From Malacoraja senta (Eukaryota): DNA of 64,000 nt. Position 1 is the stretch's first letter; every line of letters starts with the position of its first letter. Positions 37,470 to 50,275 of this stretch are shown here, one piece after another. The stretch covers positions 1,924,001-1,988,000 of the forward strand of contig CM075994.1 of NCBI GenBank assembly GCA_038087875.1, given 5' to 3'. The notes under the pieces are model-generated. The model was not told the origin of the DNA. It did no database searches and saw only the letters and a program-made list of their open reading frames with translations. The translations under genes were made by a program, and so were the position numbers.

Positions 37470-39586
37470 CAGTGCCCTCCATAATGTTTGGGACAAAGAC
37501 CCGTCATTTATTTATTTGCCTCTGTACTCCACAATTTGAGATTTGTAATAGTAAAAATCACATGTGGTTAAAGTGCACATTGTCACATTTTAATAAAGGC
37601 TATTTTTATACATTTTGGTTTCACTATGTATAAATTACAGCAGTGTTTATGCATAGTTCCCCCCATTTTCAGGGCACCCATAATGTTTGGGACACAGCAA
37701 TGTCATGTAAATTAAAGTAGTCATGTTTAGTATTTTGTTGCATATCCTTTGCATGCAATGACTGCTTGAAGTCTATGATTCATGGACATCACCAGTCGCT
37801 GGGTGTCTTCTCTGGTGATGCTCTGCCAGGCCTGTATTGCAGCCATCTTTAGCTTATGCTTGTTTTGGGGGCTAGTCCCCTTCAGTTTTCTCTTCAGCTT
37901 ATAAAAGGCGATTGACTTGGCTACTCAAGAATTGACCATTTTTAAGCTTTGAAAAACTCCTTTGTTGCTTTAACAGTATGTTTGGGATCATTGTTTTGCT
38001 GTAGAATGAACCGGCAGCCAATGAGTTTTGAGGCATTTGTTTGAACTTGAGCAGATATGATGTGTCTATACGTATCTAATTATGAATTCCAAACAGTTGA
38101 TGTTGGTAAGCCTAATGTTTGGCTGATGTCTCTAACAGATTTATTCTTGTTTCTCAGTCTCAATAGACAATAGGTGCACGAGTAGGCCATTCGGCCCTTC
38201 GATGTGATCATGGCTGATCTTCCACAATCAGTACCCCGTTCCTGCCTTCTCCCCATATCCCCTGACTCCGCTATCTTTAAGAGCCCTATCAAGCTTCTCT
38301 TTAAAGCATACAGAGAACCGGCCTCCACCGCCCTCTGAGGCAGGGAAATCCACAGACTCACAACTCTCTTTGTGAAAAAGTGTTTCCTCATCTCCAATCT
38401 AAATACCTGACCCCTTATTCTTAAACTGTGGCCCCTGGTTCTGGACTCCCCCAACATCAGGAACATGTTTCCTGCCTCTAACGTGTCCAAACCCTTAATA
38501 ATCTTATATGTTTCAATAAGATACCCACTCATCCTTCTAAATTCCAGAGTATACAAGCCCAGCCGCTCCATTCTCTCAGCATATGTCAGTCCCACCATCG
38601 CGGGAATTAACCTTGTGAACCTACGCTGCATTCCCTCAACAGCAAGAATGTCCTTCCTCAAATTTGGGGACCAAAACTGCACACAATACTCCAGGTGTGG
38701 TCTCACTAGGGCCCTGTACAACTGCAGAAGGACCTCTTTGCTCCTATACTCAAATCCTCTTGTTATGAAGGTCAGCATGCCATTCACTTTCTTCACTGCC
38801 TGCTGTATCTGCATGCTTACTTTCATTGACTGATGAACAAGGATGCCCAGATCCCGTTGTACTTCCCAATTCTCCCAATTCTGCTAGCCCTTGCTGTCCC
38901 CTCCCCTTCATCAGCCATCTGGTTGTCTCCTCCCCTCCCCCAGCCCTCGGGCTCCTCCTCCGCCTTTTTCCTTTTTTCCTTTCTTCTCCCCACCCCCTAT
39001 CAGTCTGAAGAAGGGTTTTGGCCCGAAACGTTACCTATTTCCTTCGCTCCATAGATGCTGCTGCACCCGCTGAGTTTCTCCAGCATTTTTGTGTACCTCC
39101 CGTTGTACTTCCCCTTTTCCCAATTTGACACCATTTAGATAATAATCTGCCATTTAATCTGCCATTGACACCATTTAGATAATAATGGCTTCTTTGACTT
39201 TCATTGGCACAACTTGGGTCCTCGTGTTGATAAACAGTAATAAAAGTTTCCAATGGTGATGGAAAGACTGGCGGAAAGACTAGGTGCTGAGAGCTCTCTT
39301 ATACCTGCATTAAGGAGGCAATTAAACACACCTGAGCAATTACAAACACCTGTGAAGCCATGTGTCCCATACATTATGGTGCCCTGAAATGGGGGGACTA
39401 TGTATAAACACAGCTGTAATTTCTACATGGTGAAACCAAAATGTATAAAAATGGCCTTTTAAAAAATCTGACAATGTGCACTTTAACCACATGTGATTTT
39501 TATTCTATTCCAAATCTCAAATTGTGGAGTACAGAGGCAAATAAATAAATGATGGGTCTTTCTCCCAAATATTATGGAGGGCACTG
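37470..39586 (-). mobile_element. Tc1-like (IR/DR type) transposon, internally deleted, with nested CR1 and Penelope repeat
   Basis: TA|CAGTGCCCTCCATAAT ... ATTATGGAGGGCACTG|TA; ~230-bp TIRs with the repeated motif CATAATGTTTGGGACA; HTH remnant LRNKNKSVRDISQTLGLPTSTVW. Confidence 0.9.
38165..39190 (-). mobile_element. CR1 LINE 3' fragment inside Tc1
   Basis: LYRALVRPHLEYCVQFWSP, RTRGH motifs. Confidence 0.9.
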
Positions 39587-40314
39587 TAAATCCACTTCCG
39601 CTACTCATTAAATGCAATGCTCTGGGTTAGATGGCTGTGACTGGAATAAAATGTCTTAATGTTGCCAACCTGCAGTACCTGCAGTAAAAGCTTAATCAAA
39701 TCTGTACATTTTTAATAATGTTGAATAGTTTTTAATGATCAATAGGAAAAGAGAGGATGAACTAAATCTGACAGGGTGCAGAAATTAACCTTACATAATA
39801 TTTTATTAATAAACTCTGGGAACATAGAATATAGAAAGGTACACTACAGCACAGGACAGACACTTCGGCCCACAAATTCCATTCCGACCATGCTGCCAAG
39901 TTAAATTAATTTCCTCTGCCTACATGTGAGCCACATCCCTCAATTCCCTGGAGATCTATGTGTCTATCCAAAAACCTCTTAAATGGCAGTATAGTAATTT
40001 TCCAAATTCCGCTGTGCAAATTTATCACTTAATTCTCTGTTAAATTAAGAAGAAATTGCACAGACAATGTTTTTTTTAACCTGTTGATGATATCTGGATG
40101 TTATGGGCAAGACCAGCAATAATTTACCAGTATAATTAGCCTGGAGAAGGTTGTAGTGACCCACCTTCTTGAATTTCTGAGGTCCCTGTGGGGCTCCAAA
40201 TGCCCATTGACAATGAAGGAATGATAAAGTTTCTAAATTGATTGATTGAAAGATACAGCATGGAAACAGGCCCATTGAGCCACAGAGTCCACGCCAAACG
40301 TCAATGTTTGCAGG

Positions 40315-40600
40315 CTAGTTATCTGAAATTGGAGAATTCAATGTTTATACCATTAGGTTGTGAGCTACCCAAGTGGGATATGAGGTGCTGTTCCTGCTGT
40401 TTGCGTGTGGCCTCCCTTTGGCAATGGAGGAGGCCCAGGACAGTTAAAATTGTTTTTATCAACCGGGAGATGCAATAGGCCTTGGCAGACTGAGCGTAAG
40501 TGTTTGGTGAAACTGTCGCTGATTGTACGCTTGGTCTCGCTGATGTGCAGGAGGCCACTTTGGGAACACCAAATGCAATTACTGAGGTTAGAGGGGATGC
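40315..40600 (-). mobile_element. Penelope-like element GIY-YIG remnant
   Basis: LTVLGLLHCQREATRKQQEQHLISHLGSSQPNGINIEF; homologous to 9135-9330. Confidence 0.75.
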
Positions 40601-41624
40601 AGGAGTCCGAGTATTGGTAATACCGTTGAATGTAAAGAAAAGGCGATGAGACTTCCTCTTGCTTTGATTATTTAGCTCATGCCTGTACATCCAGCACATG
40701 CTGTATTCTGACACAAGTTGCTTCACATCTGAGAACTTGTCAACAAAACTGAACACTGCAATGGCGGGTAGTCAATCCACTTCTAATGTTACAACGGATG
40801 AAACATTTTCCTCTACGATACAGTTGAATACACTAATATCCATGGACATGAATTTTATTCTGACTCCTTGATATCTGGAATACTTGGATTGTTGACACTT
40901 TCTTGCTGATTGAGAGTAGGCAATGTAGCAATAACGGAAGAAGATAGAGTGCTGGAGGAGCTCAGCGGGTCAGGCAGCATCCCTGGAGAACATAGATAGG
41001 TGATGTCTAGGCACGGGGCCCTTTTTCAGACTTCTCGGACCCCATCCTCTGGTTGTGGAAAGGATGTTTCCACTAGTGGTGGATGTGGAGACGATGTTTT
41101 CATGAGTGGGAGAGTCTAGGACCAGAGGCCATAGCCTCAGAATAAAAGGACGTACCTTTAGAAAGGAGATGAGTTGGAATTTCTTTAGTCAGAGAGCGGT
41201 GAATCTGTCAAATTCATTGCCACAGAGGACTGTGGAGCCCAAGTCGTTGGTTATTTTAAAGGTGGGGATTGACAGGTTCTTGATTAGTAATGGTGTCAAA
41301 TATTACAGGGACAAGGCAGGAGAATGGGGTTGAGAAGTAAAGGTAGATCAGCAATGATTGAATGGTGGAGTAGAGCCGTTGGGCCGAATGGCCTAATTCT
41401 GCTTCTATGACTTTTGAACTTATGAACCCGTCTTCAGAGCAATATTGGAAATTACCATAAAGATTCATTCAATTAAACATCTATTAATTAAATAGATTTT
41501 CCTGCTGAATTTAAGAAAATGCAATTTTCTTAATATTTTTTGTTTGATCTACAAAACTTCTTTAACATTCCAGGTAAATGACCTTTGATGAGTTTGGAGT
41601 TGGACGTCAGGCGTGTAATTAAGG

Positions 41625-41762
41625 ATGAACACGGAGGAACTGGAGCTACTGGGCGACTCTAAATACAGAAACTACATAGCAGCAGTGGATAAAGCGTTGA
41701 AAAGCTTTGAGTATTCTAGTGAATGGGCAGATTTAATATCAGCACTGGGTAAACTTAACAAG
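41625..41762 (+). CDS. DOP1A: DOP1A first coding exon, [46 protein letters not shown] (exon probably starts at 41574)
   Basis: Translation matches the vertebrate Dopey-1 N-terminus from memory. Acceptor ttccag at 41573, donor AAG|gtaagc. Confidence 0.96.
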
Positions 41763-42980
41763 GTAAGCACAGGAACTGAGAACTTTTAATATTGATTTAA
41801 ATGAAATTGTAAAATTACTACTCTATGAAGTTGAAATGTTCCTGATCTTTCTACTACATATTAAACATTAAACCTAATCTAGTTGGACACAAAAAGCTGG
41901 AGTAAATCAGTGGGTCAGGCAGCATCTCTGGAGAAAAAGAATAGGTGACGGTTCGAGTCAAGACCCTACTTCAGACTGGGGAAAGGGAAACGAGAGATAT
42001 AGATGGCACATCGACAGCCTGAATTAAGTTAGTTTAGTTTATTGTCACGTGTACTGAGGTACAGTGAAAAGCGTTTGTTTCATGCTAACCAGTCAGTGGA
42101 AAGACTGTACATGATTACAATTGAGCCGTCCACAATGTACCGATACATGATGGAGGGAATAACGTTTAGTACAAGATAAAGTCCGATGAATGATGGTCTG
42201 AGGTTCTCCAGTGAAATAGATAGTAGCTCAGGACTGCTGTCTAGTTGTTGATAGGATGGTTGAGCTGCTTGATAACACCTGGGAAGAAAATGTGGGTCAC
42301 GTTATTTTGAATTTGTTAATGTTTTTTGCTTACCGAAGAGCTCTCTGAAGTCAGCTATTTAAGTAACATCAGTAATTTAATAAGCCATTTGGTCTCTTAG
42401 GCGTTTGCAGCATAGCTCAGTTACCAGTTTTTCTAGAGGTCTATTCTCTGCTGGAAAGTTGGTAGTTAATCCATGCAAACAGAATATCGGGATAATCTGG
42501 GAGTATTAATGTACTTCCAATGCTAATAAAGTTTTTTTTAAACTATGGTCTGTGTTGAAACAATATCAGACATGATCCAAATCAGACTCGATGGGCTGAA
42601 TGGACTAATTCTGCTCCTATGTCTTATGATCAGATGCATAGATATCGGCTTACACACCAATACAGAAGCAAGAGAGTGCTACACTGTCTTTCAGAAGAGA
42701 TGTTGAACCGAGACACTGCCCATTTTCTTGGGTGTTGCTACTTCAAAGAATATGGAATATTAGTCCTCTGAGTCAATTATATCAGTTGCCATGTACAGGA
42801 GTTTTTTTAGTTTACTTTATTGTCACGTGTACCAAGTACAGTGAAAAGCTTTTTGTTGCCTGCTAACCAGTTAGCGGATAATATAAATGATTACAATCAA
42901 GCCATCCGCAGTGTACAGATACATGATAAAGGGAATAATGTTTAGTTCAAGGTGAAGTCTAGAAAAGTCCGATTAAGTGT

Positions 42981-43011
42981 CTGAAGAAGGATCTCGACCC
43001 GAAACGTCACC
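42981..43011 (+). ncRNA. Minimal hammerhead-ribozyme-like motif in a Penelope-derived repeat
   Basis: CTGAAGA-AGGATCTCGACCC-GAAAC-GTC; one stem II mismatch. Confidence 0.5.
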
Positions 43012-46000
43012 CATTCCTTCTCTCCAGAGATGCTGCCAGTCCCGCTGAGTTACTTCAGCATTTTGTGTCTACAAACGTCCGATCAAAGGCGGTCCGAGAG
43101 TCTCCAGTGAGGTAAATAGTAGCTCAGGACAGCTCTCTAGTTGTTGATAGGATGCTTCAGTTGCATGATAACAGCTGGGAAGAAACTGTCGAATTTCAAA
43201 ACTGGAATCTTATTCAAATTACGTTTTTCCACTGAATATTTTGATGACAAAACTAAATTACTCATCATGATGCAAGTTCTATAATATCTTTAGTTTCACT
43301 AAATGAATTGAAGAGTGACAGCTGATGAAAGGGAAAAGACCATTTTTATATCTGAACTGCAGAATCTAGGCTACACGTAACGTCTTTAAAGGTTGTATTG
43401 TGGGAAAACACACAGCGAGTCCCCGTGGACTGCATTGAGATGTGTAGGAAAGAACTGCAGTTGCTGGTTTAAACCGAAGATAGACAAAAAAAGCTGGAAT
43501 AACTCAGCGGGACAGATTGAAGAAGGGTCTTGACCCGAAATGTCACCCATTCCTTTTCTCCAGAAATTCTGCCTGTCCCGCTGAGTTACTCCAACTTTTT
43601 GTATGTATCTTCGACTGCATTGAGATGATGGAGCATAATTAGTTTTAAGGAAGTAAATTGAAAGACAAATAATGGCCTCAACTCTTCTTTAAAATGGTGC
43701 CATACCTAGGACCATTCTCAATTGAATGGCTAATATTTGGACAGGTGTATGAATAGGAAAGGTTTAGAGGGATCTGGGCCAAACGTAGGGAAATGGGACA
43801 AACATTCCTAGGCATGTTGGTTGACATTGCTCTACAGTATCGGCCTAGATTTTGTGCTAAAGAATGAGAGGTGAAATTGCCACATCAACAATAGTCATAG
43901 ATCAATTGGTTGCAATCAATAGGAAAACCATTGATGAGTCAAGAAGAAATGCTATTAACATCTTCTGCAGCGCATTTTTTGTACATTATGTCTAACACAG
44001 TTTACAGTTTAGATTAGTTTAGAGATACAGCGCGCAAACCTTTCCTATCCATGTATCTGTCCAAATGTATTTTAAATGTTGCTATAGTACCTGCCTCAAC
44101 TACCTGCTCTGGCAGCTTGTTCCATACACCCACAAATTTCAGCTGCAGAATAATGCATAATACTTTCTACAACAGATCATCATGACTTCACTCCAGTACT
44201 ACAGTTACTTTCCTAATGTAGCAACTGAAGACAATTACAAGTTCGAAGAATAATACAATAATTATTTTCAGCCTACACACAATGGACTAAATCTCTTATT
44301 GAAATGCTGACGCAACTTAAGCAGTTGAATTCAGAGAGTTCTTATTGCATTTTTAATGCTCTTAAAAATTCAGGATGTAAATGAGTTTGTGGAATAAAAT
44401 GGCATAAAATCACATTAGAATGTCTTAATTAATGTGAATGAAATCTGCTCTTTTGGATTCAAATGCAGCTTTGCTCACTAAATCCAATAAATAAATCTGG
44501 TTGAGGATTGCTTTTAGTTCAGTTTTTTAATATTGGGAGGCGCAGTGGCAAAGCTGGTAGAGATGCTGCCTCACAGTGTCAGAGACTTAAGTTCAATCCT
44601 GACCTTGGGTGCTGTCAGTGTGTGGAGTGTGTACATTCCCCCGTGACCGCACGGGGTTTCTTCCGGGTGCTCTGGCTTCCACATCCAAAAGGCATGCGGG
44701 TTTGTTGATTAATTTCCATTGTAAATTGCCCTGGTGTGTAGGGAGTGGATGTGAGAGTGGCATAACATTAAAAACTAGTGTGAACGGGTGATCGATGGTC
44801 GGAGTGGACTCGGTGGGTCGAGGGGGCTGTTTCCATGCTGTATCTTTCAATTCAATTGAAAAATATGCATGTGAACAAAGAAATTGTCTGCCTGTAGGTT
44901 TGTACACGTAATAATGCTGAATTTCATCTACAATAATGTACCATCTAGTCAATATATTGCTCGTCTGACTGAAGTTCATTTATTTCACATTGAGGAATAC
45001 ATTCTAACATTTATTCCACAAACTCATTGTGAGCAAAGAGAAACCTAGACCTTTATTCAGCTCTGAACCTCAGTAATTAAAGGACAGTTAATCATACTTT
45101 AACAATGCAGAATACTTTTTGTTTCTTTGGACTTAAATGTGGCTCTGCTCATGTGTACAAGAAAAGAATCTGGTTGAGGACTGCTTTTAGTTCAATTTTT
45201 TCAGCAGTCTGAACGTTTGTACAGAATTAATTTCTAGAAATAAAACTTGCATCTTACAGGGGTTTAACAACAATAAACCAATATAAAATGAATTCCTGGG
45301 CACACTGTTATTATTTGCTAAGAGTAATGTTTCATTTACAAATTTAAATTCTGCCTGTAAATAATTGCATTAGAGAATTGCAGAGGTAACGGTGGAGTTT
45401 TGAAATAGGATATTTCTTTGAAATATTTGTTCCTTCAGCTATCAATATGGTACGTTAGACTTAGGTTTATTATTGTCACATGTACTGAGTTACAGTGAAA
45501 AGCTTTGCTTTGCTTGCTATCCAAACAAATCAGATAATACTGTGCATTTTCAAGTACAGATACAATAGGTAGGACATGGGGAAGATACAGGGTGCAAGAT
45601 CTAGTTCTCAGCATTGTAGTGGACCCGTTCCATAGACAAAATCCAATGTCCACAATGGCATAGTTGTCAACCGGACAGTACCTTAGCTTATTGAAGGACC
45701 GTTCAGAAGCCTGATAACAGAGGGGAAGAAGCTGTTCCTGAGTCTGGTGGTGCGTGCATTTAAATCTAAGGGTTTAAAGTACAGAAGATAGACACAAAAT
45801 GCTGAAGTAACTCAGCATGACAGGCAGCATCTCTGGATGGAAGGAATTGGTGATGTTTTGGGTCTGAATCAGGGTCGCAACCCGAAACGTCATCCATTCC
45901 TTCTATCCAGAGATGCTGCCTGTCCCGCTGAGTTACTCCAGCATTTTATGTCTATCTTCGGTGTAAACCAGCATCTGCAGTTCCTTCCTGCACGGTTTAA

Positions 46001-46468
46001 AGTATAGGTTTAGTTTAGAGATGCAGGCAGAAACAGGCCCTTCGGCCCACCTAATCCGTGCCGACCACTGATCGCACATTAACACTATACAACACACATT
46101 AAGGACAATTTTACAATTTTATCAAGCCAATTAACCTACAAACCTGTGCGTCTTTGGAATGTTGGAGAAAATTGGAGAAAACCCACACAGGTCACACAGG
46201 GAGAACCCGGGTCTCTGGCGCTGTAAGGCAGCAACTCTACTGCTGTGCTACCATGCCGCCCAAGGCTTTTACAAACGGTACTTGCGAGACAATGAACATA
46301 TGTTCAGAATTTAGACATTCCTTGATGATAATAGAAGAGAAGAAGCTGGTTATTTATTGGCAGCTGAATTCATGCGAATATACCATCGTAGGTTTGGCTA
46401 GATTTGAACTCTGTGCAAGGATTGTTGACATCTAGTGTCTGATCACTGATTTTGTTTTTTACATGCAG

Positions 46469-46650
46469 GTTTTACAGAACAATGCAAAGTACCAAGTGGT
46501 CCCAAAGAAGCTAACTATTGGCAAGCGCTTGGCCCAGTGTCTTCACCCAGCTCTGCCCAGTGGTGTTCACCGAAAAGCTCTGGAGACCTACGAGATCATT
46601 TTCAAAATCATCGGCTCTAAAAGACTGGCCAAAGATCTCTTCTTGTACAG
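46469..46650 (+). CDS. DOP1A: DOP1A coding exon 2 ([41 protein letters not shown]...)
   Basis: Dopey_N signature [19 protein letters not shown]; 182 nt; tgcag| and |gtgtgc; phase consistent with neighbours. Confidence 0.97.
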
Positions 46651-46927
46651 GTGTGCAAAAGTTAATTAGTTTTAAAAGAACTGAAGTACATGTTTGAAAG
46701 CAAGGAATGAGTGCAATAAACATCAGGTCACTAATGTCCAAAGTAATTAAAAGTAATTTGATTGTAAAAACATTGCCGCAAATGGTCATAGAGTCATAAA
46801 AGTATGTATACAGGTCCTTCGTCCCAACATGCACATGCCGGCCAAGATGCCCCATCTACGCGAGTCCCACGAGTCCATATTTGGTTCATATCCCTCTAAA
46901 CATTTCCTATCCATGTACCTAATCAAA

Positions 46928-48768
46928 TTATATATATATATATAACTCTCATCTTGTTTGTGATTCTGTGTGTCTGCGTGCGTGTGTATATGCTCCCGGA
47001 ACTATGCCAAAATGGTACACGATAGCGGTAGACAATTTTTTTTACCACCTTACTCACAATTGTCGTGTGTTTTTATCAAATTTCCTTCGGATTGATGTTA
47101 TATTTTACAAGTTATTCACATTTTTAACTTTACAAAATCCAGTTTGAAGTTGGTGGCAGTTAGCAGCTATGATGTCACAATGGTATCTCATTTACATAAA
47201 CTGTCCCTCAGCAGTGTTCCACTGGCAGTTAGCAGCATATGACATCACAATGGGATCTAATTTACATAAACTGCCCATCAACAGTGTTCCACCCAGTGCA
47301 ATGAGAGATTTGTTACATTGTTGTAAGGAGAGTGGGGGAGGGGAGGAGGAGAAGTGTTATTTAAACATTGTGTTTAGTGGGGCAGTGGGATAGGGGAGAA
47401 GTGAGGAGTGGGGGAGCAGGGAGATAGAGTGAGAGGAGGGGGGTTATGGAGGGAGGGAGGGAGGGAGTGACTGAGGGTAGGGGAAAGGAGAGGGAGGGGG
47501 AGGGAGGGGAGGAGGAGAGGGAGGGTGAAGAGGAGGGAGAGAGAGTGTTGGGGATGAGGGGGAATGGAGGAGGATAGGTGTAGGAAGGGATGGCGAGGCG
47601 CAGTTGGGGATGGTTGCCGTGACTCGCGTCACAACGCGGATCTCTGACATCACAACGGGAACCCTTCAGCCACGCAGTGGGGGAGGTGAGGAGGGAGAGT
47701 AGGTGAGATGGGGGGGATAGAGGGAAGGAGGGGGGAGTGGGGGAAGTAGGGAGTGGGGAATTGAGAGGAGGGCAGTGAGGAGGGATAGTGGGGGGGATAG
47801 GGGGAGGTGAGGGGTGGGGGATATAGGGATAGGAGGGGGGTAGGGAAGGAGGGAGTGACTGAGGGTAGGGGAAAGGAGAGGAGAGGGAGGGATTGGGGGA
47901 GGGGAGGAGGAGTGGGGAAAGAAGAGGAAGGGTGAAGAGGGCGATGGAGTGCTGGGGGATAAGGGGGAATGAGCCGCGCCTGCTCAGTTGGAGGCTACGG
48001 GTGAGTGGTGGAATATTGTGTTGGGTGAACGGATTGCGTTAGGGGACCAGGCCTCCTGTGTGACCGTGACCCAACGGGTCCCACTTAGTCTAGTATATTA
48101 CTAAAACTCTCATCTTGTTTGTTTGTGAGTCTGTGTGTCTGCGTGTGAGTCATGCCCTGAATTACGCCAAAATGGTACATGATGGCGCTACAAATTTTAG
48201 ACCACCTTACTCACCATTGTCCTGTGGTGTGTTGTATCAAGTTTTGTTCAATTTGATGGTATATTTTACAAGTTATTCACATTTTGAACTTTACAAAATC
48301 CAGTTTGAGAAAAATCAGTTCTAGTTGCAGTGGCAGTTAGCAGCTATGATGTCACAATGGAATCTCATTTGTATAAACTGCCAACTTTATTTTTCAGTGT
48401 ATAAAATTCAATTGCACTTGCTGGCTCTGCCCGTTACAATGTTGCAAATCACACGATACTGACTCTTGGCAGCAAGTGCACTTGGATTTTTTAAAGTGAA
48501 AAGTCCTTTTTTTTAAGTTTAAAAAGAGGGAGGGTGAATGAGCCGCCCATGCGCAGTTGGGGGCTATGGGTGAGTGGTGGAATATTGTGTTGGGGAACGG
48601 CTTGCGTTGGGGGAATGGGTAAGTGGTGGAATATTGCGTTGGGAAACGGGTTGCATTGGGGGTCTAGGCCTCCTGTGGGGGCTATGGGTGAGTGGTGGAA
48701 TATTACGTTGGGAAACGGGTCGCGTTGGGGGACCAGGCCTCCCGTGTGACAGGGCCCACTTGGTCTAG
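46928..48768 (+). mobile_element. Two head-to-tail Helitron-like units (ends at 48093 and 48768) inserted at A|T in a CR1 tail
   Basis: Same termini as the 1-3520 array; host reads ...CCTAATCAAA|TATCCTTTAAAT... with no TSD. Confidence 0.8.
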
Positions 48769-50104
48769 TATCCTTTAAATATTGTTATAGTACCTGCCTT
48801 AACTGCCTCCTCTGGCAGCTCGTTCTATGTAGCCTATACCCTTCGTGTGAACATGTTGAATATCACACTGCCGACCTTAGATTTTGCACAAGTTCGTCTT
48901 TAGACGGTCCCTTAGGATCAATGATGCTGTGCTTTCATCAAAGAAGTAAGTAAAACAAGATGACATGAAGTTAAGACAAGAGGGAAAATATTTGGGGGAT
49001 TACAGCAGGCATCCTTTCTCACCCAGAGTGTGGTGAGTACCTGGATTGCACTACCTGAGAGAGTGGTTGAAATTGGGCCACTGACAGCTTTTAAGAATAC
49101 TCTGGAATGGCGCATGAAGCACTTAGGCATATGAAGATATGGGCCAAGTGCTGGGAGATGGTATTAGAATGGCTATGTGCCCACTGGTTAGAATAGATAT
49201 GATGGGCCGAATGACCTGTTTCCATGCTGTACGTCCCTGTGGTTCAGAGCTGGTTAAGGAGGCAGATGTGGGAGTTGCAGAAAGGGTAATCAGTGGTCGG
49301 TGTGAACTCAGTGGGCTAATGGGCCTATATCAAGGCTGAATCTTTCAGTCAGTTCAATCTATGGAAAGCCCATTGTGTTCATTGATGTCCTTAAGGGAAA
49401 GGAACTTTGATTGTGTCCCATTCTAATTTGGACATGATTCTAGTGGCACCCAGTGTGACTGGTGGTTCAAGTCATTCATTTTTTTTTTTTAAGTTCCTTT
49501 ACTGCCTTAGGTCCATCAGGTGAAAGCCATGGATAGGATGTTTTCACTAGTGGGAGAGTCTAGGACTAGAGGCCATAGCCTCAGAATAAAAGGATGTACC
49601 TTTAGAAAGGAGATGAGGATGAATTTCTTTAACCAGAGGGTGGTGAATCTGTGGAATTCATTGCCACAGACGGCTGTGGAGGCCATGTCAATGGATATTT
49701 TTAAGGTGGAGATTGACAGATTCTTGATTAGTAAGGGTGTCGGGGGTTATGGGGAGAAGGCAGGGTTATGGGGTTGAGAGGAAAAGATCTGCCATGATTG
49801 AATGGCGGAGTAGACTTGATGGGCCGAATGGCCTAATTTTGCTCCTATAACTTATGAAAGTGCAGGAGGAACTCAACGGGTCAGGCATCATCTGTGAAAG
49901 GAATGGACAGGTGATGATTCGGGTCAGGATCCTTCTCGGATTGATCAGTCCCAACGAGTGTCTCTCTGGTGGCGTGTCTCTTTGCTCAAGACAAGATTCC
50001 AGTTTCTTGCGTCTTATCCGGTGAGAGTTGGTGCATTCAGGAGAGATGGGGAGAATGATTTGTAACATCCTTAATAATTGGAATTTATTTTACTCTCTCC
50101 TCAG

Positions 50105-50275
50105 TTCTGGCCTTTTCCCACTTCTTGGCAACGCGGCAATGTCTGTTAAACCCGCGCTTCTGAGTTTATATGAAGTCTACTTCCTGCCACTGGGCAAAAC
50201 TCTGAAGCCAGGATTACAGGGACTGTTGACTGGGACATTACCAGGCCTGGAAGAAGGATCTGAATACTATGACAG
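50105..50275 (+). CDS. DOP1A: DOP1A coding exon 3 ([19 protein letters not shown]...[13 protein letters not shown])
   Basis: Dopey_N motif LPGLEEGSE; 171 nt, phase 2-2; ctcag| and |gtgagg. Confidence 0.97.
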
